Source: Betaproteobacteria bacterium
Lineage (GTDB): Bacteria > Pseudomonadota > Gammaproteobacteria > Burkholderiales > SG8-39
Direction: 5' to 3'
Assembly: GCA_947479645.1 (NCBI GenBank)
Contig: CANKAJ010000004.1
Coordinates: 7,201-71,200, forward strand
DNA length: 64,000 nucleotides
Each line of letters begins with the position of its first letter. Position 1 is the stretch's first letter. Positions 23,639 through 32,798 of the stretch are shown piece by piece. The position numbers were made by a program, and so were the translations under genes. Below the pieces are notes generated by a model. It was not told the origin of the DNA and did not search any database. It saw only the letters and a program-made list of their open reading frames with translations.

Positions 23639-23989
23639 GTGGTAAATTCTGATTAATATTATCAATGCATAAAAAATAACGGCCCATTATTCATAGTCAT
23701 GCCCGTTATCATACTGGCCTTGCAGAGGAACGATCTACGGGTAAATTGTCAGGTTATCAGCCTGGCACATCTCAAACCATAACATGCCATTATGTCTTGG
23801 TCACTGGGCAGGTCGGAGTAGGGGGCAGGAGTCGTTGAAATCACCATCGAACAAGACGTCGCCATTGACAGCGGGATGCGCCGACTGATGTTTTGGCGCG
23901 TCAAAATGACGATTCGATTTCGAAGATGGCATTGCCCTGGAGTCAATGCTGAGAGATCTGGCAGTCGATCTAATTCATTCTCGCTCTAG

Positions 23990-24026
23990 CCAGAGGCCAA
24001 TTCGGTTGATTCGAAATGGCCTCTGG
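23990..24026. terminator. Palindromic hairpin downstream of the HtrA-family protease gene (REP-like, no U-tract)
   Basis: CCAGAGGCCA ... TGGCCTCTGG is a perfect 10-bp stem with extra inner pairs, 18 nt past the stop at 24044. A related copy lies at 43535-43564. Confidence 0.45.
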
Positions 24027-24043
24027 GCCGGTCACGCCGTTAT

Positions 24044-25519
24044 TTAGCCGAGATTGATGGGTATATAGATACGCGTATTTTCGCGCTGCACCAGCAATGC
24101 GACCTTGCCCTTGGCATTGTCGACTAATTTTCGTAATTGCTGGACCCCTTTGATTGATTCGCCATTCAGCGCAAGGATTACATCGCCTTCTTTGATACCA
24201 GCGGCTGCAGCCGGTCCGTTGGCACCTTCGACGACCAGACCGTCACTCTTTAAAGATTCGCGTTCTTCACGGCTCAGTGGGCGAACGGCAAGGCCGAGTT
24301 TGCCGCCTGAAGAGGAGGTTTTTATTTCCGCTGCCGAAGCAATCTTGTCTGATGGTATTTCTCCAATGGAAACGCTCATGTCGTGACTGGCTCCCTTACG
24401 CCATATCCTGAACGTGGCGCTGACACCAGGCCGCATATCACCAACGATACGCGGCAAGTCGGCAGATTCCTCGACCGCCTTGCCGTTCACGGCAAGCACG
24501 ATGTCGCCTGTCTGGATTCCCGCTTTTTCTGCCGGGCTGGCTGGTTCGACGCTAGCCACCAGCGCACCTTGCGCCTTACTGAGTCCGAACGATTCTGCCA
24601 GATCCCGGGTGATTGGCTGTATGGCTACACCGATGCGACCATGACTGGCCTTACCGTATTTTTGCAACTGATCCTTGATATTCATAGCGACGTCGATGGG
24701 TATGGAAAACGACAGGCCCATATAACCGCCGGAACGGCTGTAAATCTGGGAGTTGATGCCTACCACCTCGCCGTTGAGGTTGAACAGCGGCCCACCAGAG
24801 TTGCCAGGGTTGATGGCCACATCAGTTTGAATAAATGGTACATACGTACCGTCAGGCAAAGAGCGTGACTTGGCTGAAACAATGCCCGCTGTCACGGTAT
24901 TTTCCAGACCGAAGGGGGAGCCGATTGCGGCGACCCATTCGCCGGCTTTCAACGTGGCTGGACTTCCAATGCGTACCGCTGGCAGGGAATTGGCGTCTAC
25001 CTTCAGCAAGGCAATGTCGGTGCGACGGTCGGTTCCGATCACTCGCGCCTTGAATTCCCGCTTGTCCGTCAGTTTGACAGTGACTTCGGTTGCATCTGCA
25101 ACGACGTGCGCATTGGTCAGGATGTAGCCATCGGAACTGACAATGAATCCGGAGCCTATAGCTGAGGTGGGCTGAGCTTCGGGCTGCTGTGGCTGAAACT
25201 GGCGGAAAAACTCGTAGAAAGGGTCGCCGGGCTGACCGGGTAGTTGGATGTTGGAGGATCTTGCTTTCCGGACCGTGCTGATATTGACGACAGTCGGACC
25301 CTGTTGTTCGACCAGGACACTGAAGTCAGGCAGTCCTCGGGCAGTTCCTGCAGGTGCGATAGTATCCGGTGAGGACGGGTGCAAGGCGGCATGGGAGTCG
25401 GGAATAGGACTGATGGTTTGACTGCCGACCAGAGCGGCGACAGCCAAGGTCCATATTGAAAAGGCCCCGGCAATGACACTGATTTTGACGCGTGCTGAAG
25501 CATTTGAATTTAAGGCCAT
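24044..25519 (-). CDS. degP: Periplasmic serine endoprotease, HtrA/DegP/DegQ/MucD family (two PDZ domains)
   Basis: Signal peptide; catalytic His (TNAHVV), Asp (DIALLK) and Ser (GNSGGPLFN); two PDZ-like C-terminal repeats. Confidence 0.9.
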   Translation of the reverse strand: MALNSNASARVKISVIAGAFSIWTLAVAALVGSQTISPIPDSHAALHPSSPDTIAPAGTARGLPDFSVLVEQQGPTVVNISTVRKARSSNIQLPGQPGDPFYEFFRQFQPQQPEAQPTSAIGSGFIVSSDGYILTNAHVVADATEVTVKLTDKREFKARVIGTDRRTDIALLKVDANSLPAVRIGSPATLKAGEWVAAIGSPFGLENTVTAGIVSAKSRSLPDGTYVPFIQTDVAINPGNSGGPLFNLNGEVVGINSQIYSRSGGYMGLSFSIPIDVAMNIKDQLQKYGKASHGRIGVAIQPITRDLAESFGLSKAQGALVASVEPASPAEKAGIQTGDIVLAVNGKAVEESADLPRIVGDMRPGVSATFRIWRKGASHDMSVSIGEIPSDKIASAAEIKTSSSGGKLGLAVRPLSREERESLKSDGLVVEGANGPAAAAGIKEGDVILALNGESIKGVQQLRKLVDNAKGKVALLVQRENTRIYIPINLG

Positions 25520-25550
25520 GGCAAACTCCTGCGAGTGATTGATCTCGCAG

Positions 25551-25578
25551 TTGGATCACAGGAGTGCCACGGAGTTCA
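25551..25578 (-). promoter_or_regulatory. Candidate sigma-E (RpoE/AlgU)-type promoter upstream of the protease gene
   Basis: Minus strand reads TGAACTC, a 16-nt spacer, then TCCAA. This resembles the GAACTT-N16-TCnnA pattern used for degP/mucD-type genes. Confidence 0.4.
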
Positions 25579-25686
25579 GCAGTTTCACAGACCTTACAAA
25601 TTGTTACGCCGCTACCGAAAGCCTGCAGCAGGTCTTCCAGGCGGAAGACGCAGGCCAACGGTCATGACAGTTTCCCCGCCTGTGTC

Positions 25687-26376
25687 TTAGGCTGCTGCTG
25701 TCTTGACGTTGGCAGCTTCTTCGCGAGCGGCCTGTTCAATGCGAGCCTTCTTCAGAATGTCAGCTACTTCCTGCGACCCTACACGCAGAGCCAATTCGAT
25801 TGCAGTATCTCCATCGCTACTGATGATGTTGACATCGGCGCCATTCCGAACCAGTAATTCGCACATTTTGGCATCACCCCGTGCCGAGGCATACATCAGC
25901 GGCGTATAGCCATTTTCTGCCCGCAGGTTGGGATCAAAATTCATGGACAAGACCTTTTGCGCATAAACAAGGTTGCCTTTCTCTATGGCATAGAACAGCG
26001 CCTTGATCCCTTCCGCACTCTGTTCCTTGGGTTTTTCCTCCAGTCCTGTTGGTAGCAGGTCAACAACGTAGTTGATCAGTGAAATGCCCACCATTGCCGC
26101 CATGGCGATAACCAGTGGCATTGTCGAAATCCCCAGTGAATCTGATACTTCGCCAGGCATATTCGCGCCCAGCGCCAGCAGTACAACCAGGATAAAAAAC
26201 TGGAACTTAAGATAGAGAAATAGTGCAATAAACACGGTCAGGACCAGAATCCCGAGCAATAGATTACGATTAATGCTGCCGTACTCGAGCCAGCTCTGCG
26301 GCAGGTTTGCGAGTATGGCGATCAGTCCGACCAGCCCGAACAGCGTCCACTCCATTGCGCGTTTGCTGATCTGCAT
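25687..26376 (-). CDS. Membrane-anchored ankyrin-repeat protein
   Basis: About 4 predicted TM helices in the N-terminal half, then ankyrin repeats (GYTPLMYASARGDAKMCELLVRNGADVNIISSDGDTAIELA). Confidence 0.75.
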   Translation of the reverse strand: MQISKRAMEWTLFGLVGLIAILANLPQSWLEYGSINRNLLLGILVLTVFIALFLYLKFQFFILVVLLALGANMPGEVSDSLGISTMPLVIAMAAMVGISLINYVVDLLPTGLEEKPKEQSAEGIKALFYAIEKGNLVYAQKVLSMNFDPNLRAENGYTPLMYASARGDAKMCELLVRNGADVNIISSDGDTAIELALRVGSQEVADILKKARIEQAAREEAANVKTAAA

Positions 26377-26515
26377 AAAACTCTCCTGTTTTGTTGAATT
26401 ACAGCACTGCTAACGGCAGTTGCACTGTATGCCAATGCAGTGCGCTACTATAATTGGATTGTATGTTAACTCACAACTCAACCTGCTGGAGTCATCGGCT
26501 CGATACGGCAAAATA

Positions 26516-27067
26516 ATGAACAAAGCCTTTACCAAGGAAAACGACCATATTGAGGATGAGCTTCCAGCGCCAGAGCAAGTTGCTCCTGGCAGGAAAAACT
26601 ATATCACGCCAGCGGGATATGCGCGTCTGAAAGGCGAGTTGAAAGCCCTGGTGGAAAAGGAACGCCCTGAAGTGGTTCGAACGGTGTCTTGGGCGGCCTC
26701 CAATGGCGACCGATCGGAGAACGGTGATTACATTTACGGCAAGCGTCGGTTACGCCAGATCGATAGTCGGATCCGCTACTTGATGAAGCGCCTGGAGAAT
26801 ACGGAAGTTGTGGATCCCCGTGATCAGAATGCCGAACGCGTGTTTTTCGGTGCTACGGTGGAATACGCTGATAGTCAGGGTGAGAGGCATACGATCAGTA
26901 TCGTCGGGATTGATGAAGTGGATCCATCACATGGCCGGGTATCCTGGATTTCGCCGATTGCAAAGGCCTTTCTCAAGGCGCACATCGGTGATATTGTGAA
27001 TTTGAGGACCCCGGCCGGAATTGAGAAACTGGAGATCCTTGATGTTCGTTACGAAGAGCTCAAATAG
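26516..27067 (+). CDS. greB: Transcription elongation factor GreB
   Basis: KNYITPAGYARLKGEL..., SWAASNGDRSENGDYIYGKRRLRQIDSRIRYL. ATG at 26516 is preferred over the 26420 ORF-track start. Confidence 0.85.
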   Translation: MNKAFTKENDHIEDELPAPEQVAPGRKNYITPAGYARLKGELKALVEKERPEVVRTVSWAASNGDRSENGDYIYGKRRLRQIDSRIRYLMKRLENTEVVDPRDQNAERVFFGATVEYADSQGERHTISIVGIDEVDPSHGRVSWISPIAKAFLKAHIGDIVNLRTPAGIEKLEILDVRYEELK

Positions 27068-27076
27068 TCCAGTCGG

Positions 27077-29869
27077 TCATTTTGATTCGCTTCGCGAGGC
27101 ATCCGTCGGCCTGAAATCCCCCGCCCGGACAACAGATAGTTTCTGCAGGTCGAGATAACGGAGGAGTGTTTCATTGATATCTCTTGCGCTCAGCCCCGCA
27201 ATGCGTGCATCCAGTTGTTCGTCCCATGCAAATGTTCGGTCAAGCTGCAGATACAGGCCCAGCCGAGCGGCAACCAGGCCATCCTGATTTCGCGCTACCT
27301 GACGCGACTGCAAAAATCCCTTTTTGGCCGACTCGACTTCCTGTTCATCGAATCCAGTGGTTAGTGCGCGTCGCAGTTCCTCGCGTACCGCAGTCTCCAA
27401 TCGTGCGCCATTTTGCGGAGCGTGTATGGCCGAAATCGCGAATACCGCCTTTGGGTCAAAGCTGCTGACTGCCAGGGAAGAAGAGACACTATAGGACAAT
27501 CCTTCCTGTTCACGGATACGCTGCGACAGTCGTGCAGTAGAGGAGCCACCCAACAAGTAATTGCCTAGAACCAGGGCCGGGTAATCAGGGTGATCGTCAC
27601 GAATTTGCAGGTTCTGTCCGGCACGGAAAACCGCGTTCGCCTTGTCCGGAGTGCTGATGATGCGGTCCAGGGGAGGGGCCTGTACAAAGGTTGTTGGCAC
27701 GCGGGCATAGGGAACAGGACTCGTCCAGTCACCAAAGAGCTCATTGGCTAGTTTGGCAATCTCGCCTGCATCAAAATCACCAACAATAACCAGTTCGCTG
27801 TCCGATGCGCCGAAAAAATCGTGATGGCACTGCCGCACATCGTCGATGGCAAGCGCATTCAGCCGTGCGATACGTTCAGCGGGGGTTGTGCTGTAATACC
27901 AGTGATTCTCTGGATACGGATTGAGATGGCGAGATAATTCCAAATCGGCTAACGCGGCTGGATCACTGCGTTGAATTTCGATGCCAGCAAGTGACGATTG
28001 CCGTAATTGCTCGAATTCGGCAGCAGGAAATGAAGGTTGCCGGAGCACTTCCGATACGAGTCGCAACGCAGTGGGGAGGTTTTCCCTGACTGTCTCAATT
28101 GAGCCACCTTCACCACTGACTCCGACACTGGCTTTCAGGCGACTGAATTCGTTGGCGATCTGTTCACGGTTTCTTTTCTGGGTACCTCGTAACAACATGG
28201 CGCTGGCTATTCCGCATGCGGTTGCACGCCCCGATTTGGATTGCTCATTTCCCCAGTGCAGATTAAGCAAGGCAACGACAGTATTTCCTCTAGTCTTCTT
28301 TGGCAACAACGCGAGCTTCATTCCGCCCGGAAGGACACTGCGAATAGTGCGTTGCTCAATGTTTTTTGGGGTTGGATCGAATCCCTCTCCCTGCGCAATG
28401 GCGGTCTGTCCACGGTAATTCGCAAGCGTCTCTGAAATGTCAGGCGGAGCCGGTATTTCGGCACGATCAATTTCCCTGGTCGGCAGAAACATTCCGAGCG
28501 TTCGATTGGACGACTTTAGATAGTAATTTGCCACACGTTGCACATCAGCAGTTGTTACCGAGCGTAGGCGATCGCGGTGTACAAAAAGCATGCGCCAATC
28601 ACCAAGTGCAATAGTCTCGGACAACGTTAATGCAAGGGAGCGTGAATTGGATATCACCATTTCAATCTGGTTAAGCAGGCGTGTCCGTGCGCGTTCGACT
28701 TCATCATCGCTGAACGGCGCTTTGGCAATGCCTTCGAGGGCATTGAGCAGGGTGTCTCTCGCCTGCCCAATCGGGAGCTCCTGTCGGAGGATGGCGCCAA
28801 AGTAGGCGAATCCCGCTTCGCGTTGTTGTCGTTCGGTTCCGAATATGGAACTGGCCTTGCCTGCCTCGGTGAGCGCTTTGTGCAAGCGTCCCGACGGAAC
28901 ATGCGACATTAATCCGACCAACACGTCAATCGCAGCGTAATCCGGATGGTTTCCAGGTGGGACATGATAAAGTGCCCCGATAATCTGCACATCGCCAGTG
29001 CGCTTTAATGTAACTGTGCGTTCGCCATCCTGGGTGGGTTCCACCGTGTAAGTGGCGGGCAGACTTCGAGCAGGCCGTGAAATTGCTCCGAAGTGCTTTT
29101 GCACAGACTGCAGTGCAGTGGGCTCATCGAAGCGTCCGGCGATTACGACGGCGGCGTTATCTGGCTGATAGTAAAGGCGGTAGAAGGCTTGCAGGCGTTC
29201 GATGGGCACGTTTTCAATATCAGAGCGCGCGCCGATAACTGCACGACCATAGCCGTGCCAAAGATAGGCCGTGGAGGTAATGCGCTCGCGCAGCACATTG
29301 AATGCGCTGTTTTCCCCGGACTCAAACTCGTTTCGCACCACCGTCATTTCTGCGTCCAGATCCGCTCGGGACACCGAGGAGTTAATCATGCGATCCGCCT
29401 CAAGTTCCAGTGCCCAGTCGAGATTCGCCTGAGTTGCGGGAAAGGTCTCAAAGTAATTGGTGCGATCAAATGAGGTTGAACCGTTGTAACGTGCCCCACG
29501 TTTCTGGAACTCTCCCTTGATATCCGAGTGACGCTGCGTTCCTCGAAACAACAAGTGTTCGAGAAGGTGTGCCATGCCAGTTTCGCCATAACCCTCCTGA
29601 CGGGATCCAACGAGATAGGTGACATTGACGGTAATGGTATCAACCGAGGAGTCGGGAATTAGCAGGACCCTGAGCCCATTGGCAAGTCGATATTCGGTTA
29701 CTCCTTCAACTTCCGACGCGCGAACCATTCCGCCTGGGTGGGTGGGTGTCACCTTGCTTGAGGATTGGTCATGCTGGGAATCGGCGGACAGTACCGACTG
29801 CGAACCAAGCAGCAGTGCGGTGAGAAGAATGGAAACGAAGCGGTTTCGTATCTGCATGTGGGCTATCAT
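27077..29869 (-). CDS. M16-family (pitrilysin/insulinase-like) zinc peptidase, double-length, secreted
   Basis: Signal peptide. Inverted zinc motif HLLEHLLF (HxxEH) in the first half. The second half looks like an M16 inactive-type unit. 930 aa. Confidence 0.85.
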   Translation of the reverse strand: MIAHMQIRNRFVSILLTALLLGSQSVLSADSQHDQSSSKVTPTHPGGMVRASEVEGVTEYRLANGLRVLLIPDSSVDTITVNVTYLVGSRQEGYGETGMAHLLEHLLFRGTQRHSDIKGEFQKRGARYNGSTSFDRTNYFETFPATQANLDWALELEADRMINSSVSRADLDAEMTVVRNEFESGENSAFNVLRERITSTAYLWHGYGRAVIGARSDIENVPIERLQAFYRLYYQPDNAAVVIAGRFDEPTALQSVQKHFGAISRPARSLPATYTVEPTQDGERTVTLKRTGDVQIIGALYHVPPGNHPDYAAIDVLVGLMSHVPSGRLHKALTEAGKASSIFGTERQQREAGFAYFGAILRQELPIGQARDTLLNALEGIAKAPFSDDEVERARTRLLNQIEMVISNSRSLALTLSETIALGDWRMLFVHRDRLRSVTTADVQRVANYYLKSSNRTLGMFLPTREIDRAEIPAPPDISETLANYRGQTAIAQGEGFDPTPKNIEQRTIRSVLPGGMKLALLPKKTRGNTVVALLNLHWGNEQSKSGRATACGIASAMLLRGTQKRNREQIANEFSRLKASVGVSGEGGSIETVRENLPTALRLVSEVLRQPSFPAAEFEQLRQSSLAGIEIQRSDPAALADLELSRHLNPYPENHWYYSTTPAERIARLNALAIDDVRQCHHDFFGASDSELVIVGDFDAGEIAKLANELFGDWTSPVPYARVPTTFVQAPPLDRIISTPDKANAVFRAGQNLQIRDDHPDYPALVLGNYLLGGSSTARLSQRIREQEGLSYSVSSSLAVSSFDPKAVFAISAIHAPQNGARLETAVREELRRALTTGFDEQEVESAKKGFLQSRQVARNQDGLVAARLGLYLQLDRTFAWDEQLDARIAGLSARDINETLLRYLDLQKLSVVRAGDFRPTDASRSESK

Positions 29870-29981
29870 AAAGAGGTTGGCAATGCGGATATGACCATAC
29901 TAGAGGTGGAAGGTTCGGCACCAATGACACAAGGGATTCTAACTGGAACGGTGGCTTGTCCTGTGGATCTGAACGTATGGC

Positions 29982-30010
29982 CTTGAAAATTCCTGAAGGC
30001 GTCCCCATTC
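29982..30010 (+). promoter_or_regulatory. Sigma-32 (heat-shock) type promoter of htpG
   Basis: CTTGAAA, a 14-nt spacer, then CCCCATTC, about 100 nt upstream of the htpG ATG. Close to the CTTGAAA-N13-15-CCCCATnT consensus. Confidence 0.65.
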
Positions 30011-30113
30011 AATCCGGTGGGTGTACTGAAAATGACTGTAAATCAGGGGCTTACTTCCTGTTTACCTCACCTTCAATTCCATATTCGAGAAAACTGCAAG
30101 GGAAATCCAGAGT

Positions 30114-32063
30114 ATGACTACAACGACTGCGATTAATCGAGAAACGCTTGGCTTCCAAGCAGAAGTAAAACAACTGCTGCAGCTGATGATTCACTCGCTG
30201 TACAGCAACAAGGAGATTTTCCTCAGGGAGTTGATTTCCAATGCCTCTGACGCAGCAGACAAGTTGCGCTTCGAGGCGTTGTCGAATTCCAGCCTGCTGG
30301 GGGCGGACACTGAACTGAAGATCAAGGTGAGTTTCGACAAGCCATCGTGCACGCTGACGATTTCCGACAACGGAATTGGCATGTCACGCGAGGAGGTTAT
30401 TGCCAATATCGGCACCATTGCAAAATCTGGGACTCGCGAATTTTTCAAGGCGCTGAGTGGAGACCAGGCAAAGGATGCCAATCTGATTGGACAGTTTGGC
30501 GTGGGCTTTTACTCTGCGTTCATCGTAGCCGACCGGGTGACTTTGGTGACACGGCGCGCAGGGGTGCAGCCTGGCGAAGGGGTCCGCTGGGAATCCGAAG
30601 GTGCCGGCGATTATGTTGTCGAAACCGTCGAGAAGGCCACGCGCGGCACTGATATCACGCTGCATTTGCGTGAAGGCGACGACGAGTTGCTTTCTGATCT
30701 GAGACTGAAGGACATTATTCGCAAGTATTCGGATCACATTGCCATACCGATCGTGATGCAGAAGCTCGATTGGAGCGAGGAAAAGAAGGAAACAATTGCA
30801 ACCGGGCTGGAAGAAACCGTCAATCAGGCCAGTGCGCTTTGGGCAAGATCGAAGACGGATATTTCGGATGAGCAATACCAGGAGTTCTACAAGCATGTTG
30901 CTCACGATTTTGAGCCGCCGCTTGCCTGGAACCATACGCGAGTAGAAGGACGGCAGGAGTACACGCAATTGCTGTATATCCCGGCGCGGGCCCCGTTTGA
31001 CCTTTGGGACAGGCAGCACCGTCGTGGCCTTAAATTGTATGTTCGACGGGTATTTATCATGGATGATGCGGAGCATCTGATGCCCGCGTACCTGCGATTT
31101 GTGCGCGGTGTCGTTGATTCAAATGATCTGCCTTTGAATGTGTCACGCGAAATTCTGCAGTCAAGTAAGGATGTCGATGCCATCCGTGCAGGTTGCACCA
31201 AAAAAGTATTGTCCCTGCTTGAGGAGTTGGCTGATGCTCAAAAGGACAAGTATGTGACGTTCTGGCGTCAGTTCGGCCAGGTGCTCAAAGAGGGAGTAGG
31301 CGAAGACCATACCAATCGCGATCGTATTGCGAAACTGTTGCGTTTTGCTTCAACTCACACTGAAGCCGCCGGGGAAAGTGATGCGCAGAGCGTCTCACTT
31401 GCTGACTATGTATCCCGTATGCCGGAAGGGCAGGACAAGATTTGGTACGTGACTGCCGAGACGTTTCTTGCGGCAAAGAACAGTCCGCATCTTGAAATCT
31501 TCCGCAAGCGTGGCGTCGAAGTGCTGTTGTTGTCCGAGCGAGTAGATGAGTGGCTGGTGTCGCATCTGACGGAGTTTGAGGGTAAGTCATTTGCCTCTGT
31601 TGCCAAGGGGGATCTTGACTTGGGCAAGGTTGCTACGGAGGAGGACAAGAAAGCGAAGGAACAGCAGGCTGGCGAGTTTTCTGAACTGGTAAAGCGTCTC
31701 AAGGACACGCTGGGCGAGCGAGTCAAGGATGTACGGGTGACGTCACGGTTGACACAGTCGCCGTCATGTCTGGTATCAGACGAAAATGATATGAGCGGCA
31801 ATCTCTCCCGAATACTCAAGGCTGCCGGGCAGAAAGTGCCTGTATCCAAGCCCATCCTTGAGATCAATCCGGAGCACCCACTGGTGCAAAGACTCAATGA
31901 CGAGCAGGCACACTTTTCTGATTGGGCAAACGTTTTGTTTGATCAGGCACTGCTCGCTGAAGGGGGAACGCTGGAGGATCCAGCCGGTTTTGTTAGGCGC
32001 TTGAATGAATTGATGCTGGAAATGGCAGGGGGAACTTCACGCATCTGGACGCCGGGAGCCTGA
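30114..32063 (+). CDS. htpG: Molecular chaperone HtpG (Hsp90)
   Basis: [45 protein letters not shown]. Confidence 0.97.
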   Translation: MTTTTAINRETLGFQAEVKQLLQLMIHSLYSNKEIFLRELISNASDAADKLRFEALSNSSLLGADTELKIKVSFDKPSCTLTISDNGIGMSREEVIANIGTIAKSGTREFFKALSGDQAKDANLIGQFGVGFYSAFIVADRVTLVTRRAGVQPGEGVRWESEGAGDYVVETVEKATRGTDITLHLREGDDELLSDLRLKDIIRKYSDHIAIPIVMQKLDWSEEKKETIATGLEETVNQASALWARSKTDISDEQYQEFYKHVAHDFEPPLAWNHTRVEGRQEYTQLLYIPARAPFDLWDRQHRRGLKLYVRRVFIMDDAEHLMPAYLRFVRGVVDSNDLPLNVSREILQSSKDVDAIRAGCTKKVLSLLEELADAQKDKYVTFWRQFGQVLKEGVGEDHTNRDRIAKLLRFASTHTEAAGESDAQSVSLADYVSRMPEGQDKIWYVTAETFLAAKNSPHLEIFRKRGVEVLLLSERVDEWLVSHLTEFEGKSFASVAKGDLDLGKVATEEDKKAKEQQAGEFSELVKRLKDTLGERVKDVRVTSRLTQSPSCLVSDENDMSGNLSRILKAAGQKVPVSKPILEINPEHPLVQRLNDEQAHFSDWANVLFDQALLAEGGTLEDPAGFVRRLNELMLEMAGGTSRIWTPGA

Positions 32064-32095
32064 GTCAACGCGACTCCCCGTGGTATCAGTAGCGT

Positions 32096-32118
32096 GGCCA
32101 CCGATTTAATCGGTGGCC
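32096..32118. terminator. Hairpin between convergent htpG and peroxiredoxin genes
   Basis: GGCCACCGAT-TTA-ATCGGTGGCC, a perfect 10-bp stem. No clear U-tract on either strand. Confidence 0.45.
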
Positions 32119-32131
32119 CGCTAAAATTCAC

Positions 32132-32635
32132 TTACAAGTGCGCCAGCATTGATTCGGCGCTGGACACGTCGAATTGGCCGGCTGGTTCGACGTTGACTTT
32201 CTTTACAACGCCATCCTCGAGCAGCATGGAATAACGTTGTGAACGAACGCCCATGCCTCGCGCAATTAGGTCCAGTTCCAGACCCAGTGTCTTGGTCAGT
32301 TCAGCGGAACCATCCGCCATCATGCGGACCTTTCCAGCTGCATTGAGATCCTTTCCCCAGGCGCCCATGACAAATGCATCATTGACTGCAATGCACCAGA
32401 CTTCGTCGACGCCCTTGGCTTTCAACTTTTCGCTATTGCTGATATAGCCTGGCGCATGCTTTGCTGAACAGGTCGGGGTAAATGCACCTGGCAGACCAAA
32501 AATAACAATCTTTTTGCCTTTGACGAGATCTGCAACTTTGAATTGATTGGGTCCCACGCTGCAACCTGCAGTTTCAACCTCGATAAATTCAGTCAGTGTG
32601 CCGTCTGGAAATCGGTCGCCAGATTTGATGGTCAT
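32132..32635 (-). CDS. Peroxiredoxin, Prx5 subfamily
   Basis: FGLPGAFTPTCS peroxidatic Cys motif. ATG at 32635 (MTIKSGDRFPDG) has a GGAG RBS. The ORF track extends to 32692. Confidence 0.85.
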   Translation of the reverse strand: MTIKSGDRFPDGTLTEFIEVETAGCSVGPNQFKVADLVKGKKIVIFGLPGAFTPTCSAKHAPGYISNSEKLKAKGVDEVWCIAVNDAFVMGAWGKDLNAAGKVRMMADGSAELTKTLGLELDLIARGMGVRSQRYSMLLEDGVVKKVNVEPAGQFDVSSAESMLAHL

Positions 32636-32798
32636 ATATTGCTCCAAAGTAGTTGAAGGGTGCCAAAATTGCCGCGTTGAAACATACCACAATGTGGAGT
32701 CGAAAGACCTATTTCATAGGTTGGGAAGGAATTGGAGCATCCGCTTGCCGGCAGAGTCTGTGCCCGCTATATTGGGGCATTGACCCTATGGTTTCCTT

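Noticed and set aside
23600-23640. Possible Fur box in the AT-rich palindromes
   Set aside because: The best hand alignment to GATAATGATAATCATTATC gives only about half the positions. The outer G/C positions of the 7-1-7 model are missing.
23749-23946. 65-aa minus-strand ORF in the gap between the SDR and HtrA-family genes
   Set aside because: It has a TTG start without an RBS and a Cys/Arg/Ser-rich composition, and nothing supports it. Treated as non-coding.
30384-31076. 230-aa antisense ORF inside htpG. Similar long antisense or alternate-frame ORFs occur at 8324-8917, 42190-42756, 46322-46882, 47312-47965 and 59330-60037.
   Set aside because: All lie entirely within strongly supported genes and have Arg/Ser/Pro-rich low-information composition. 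They are expected by chance opposite GC-biased coding frames.
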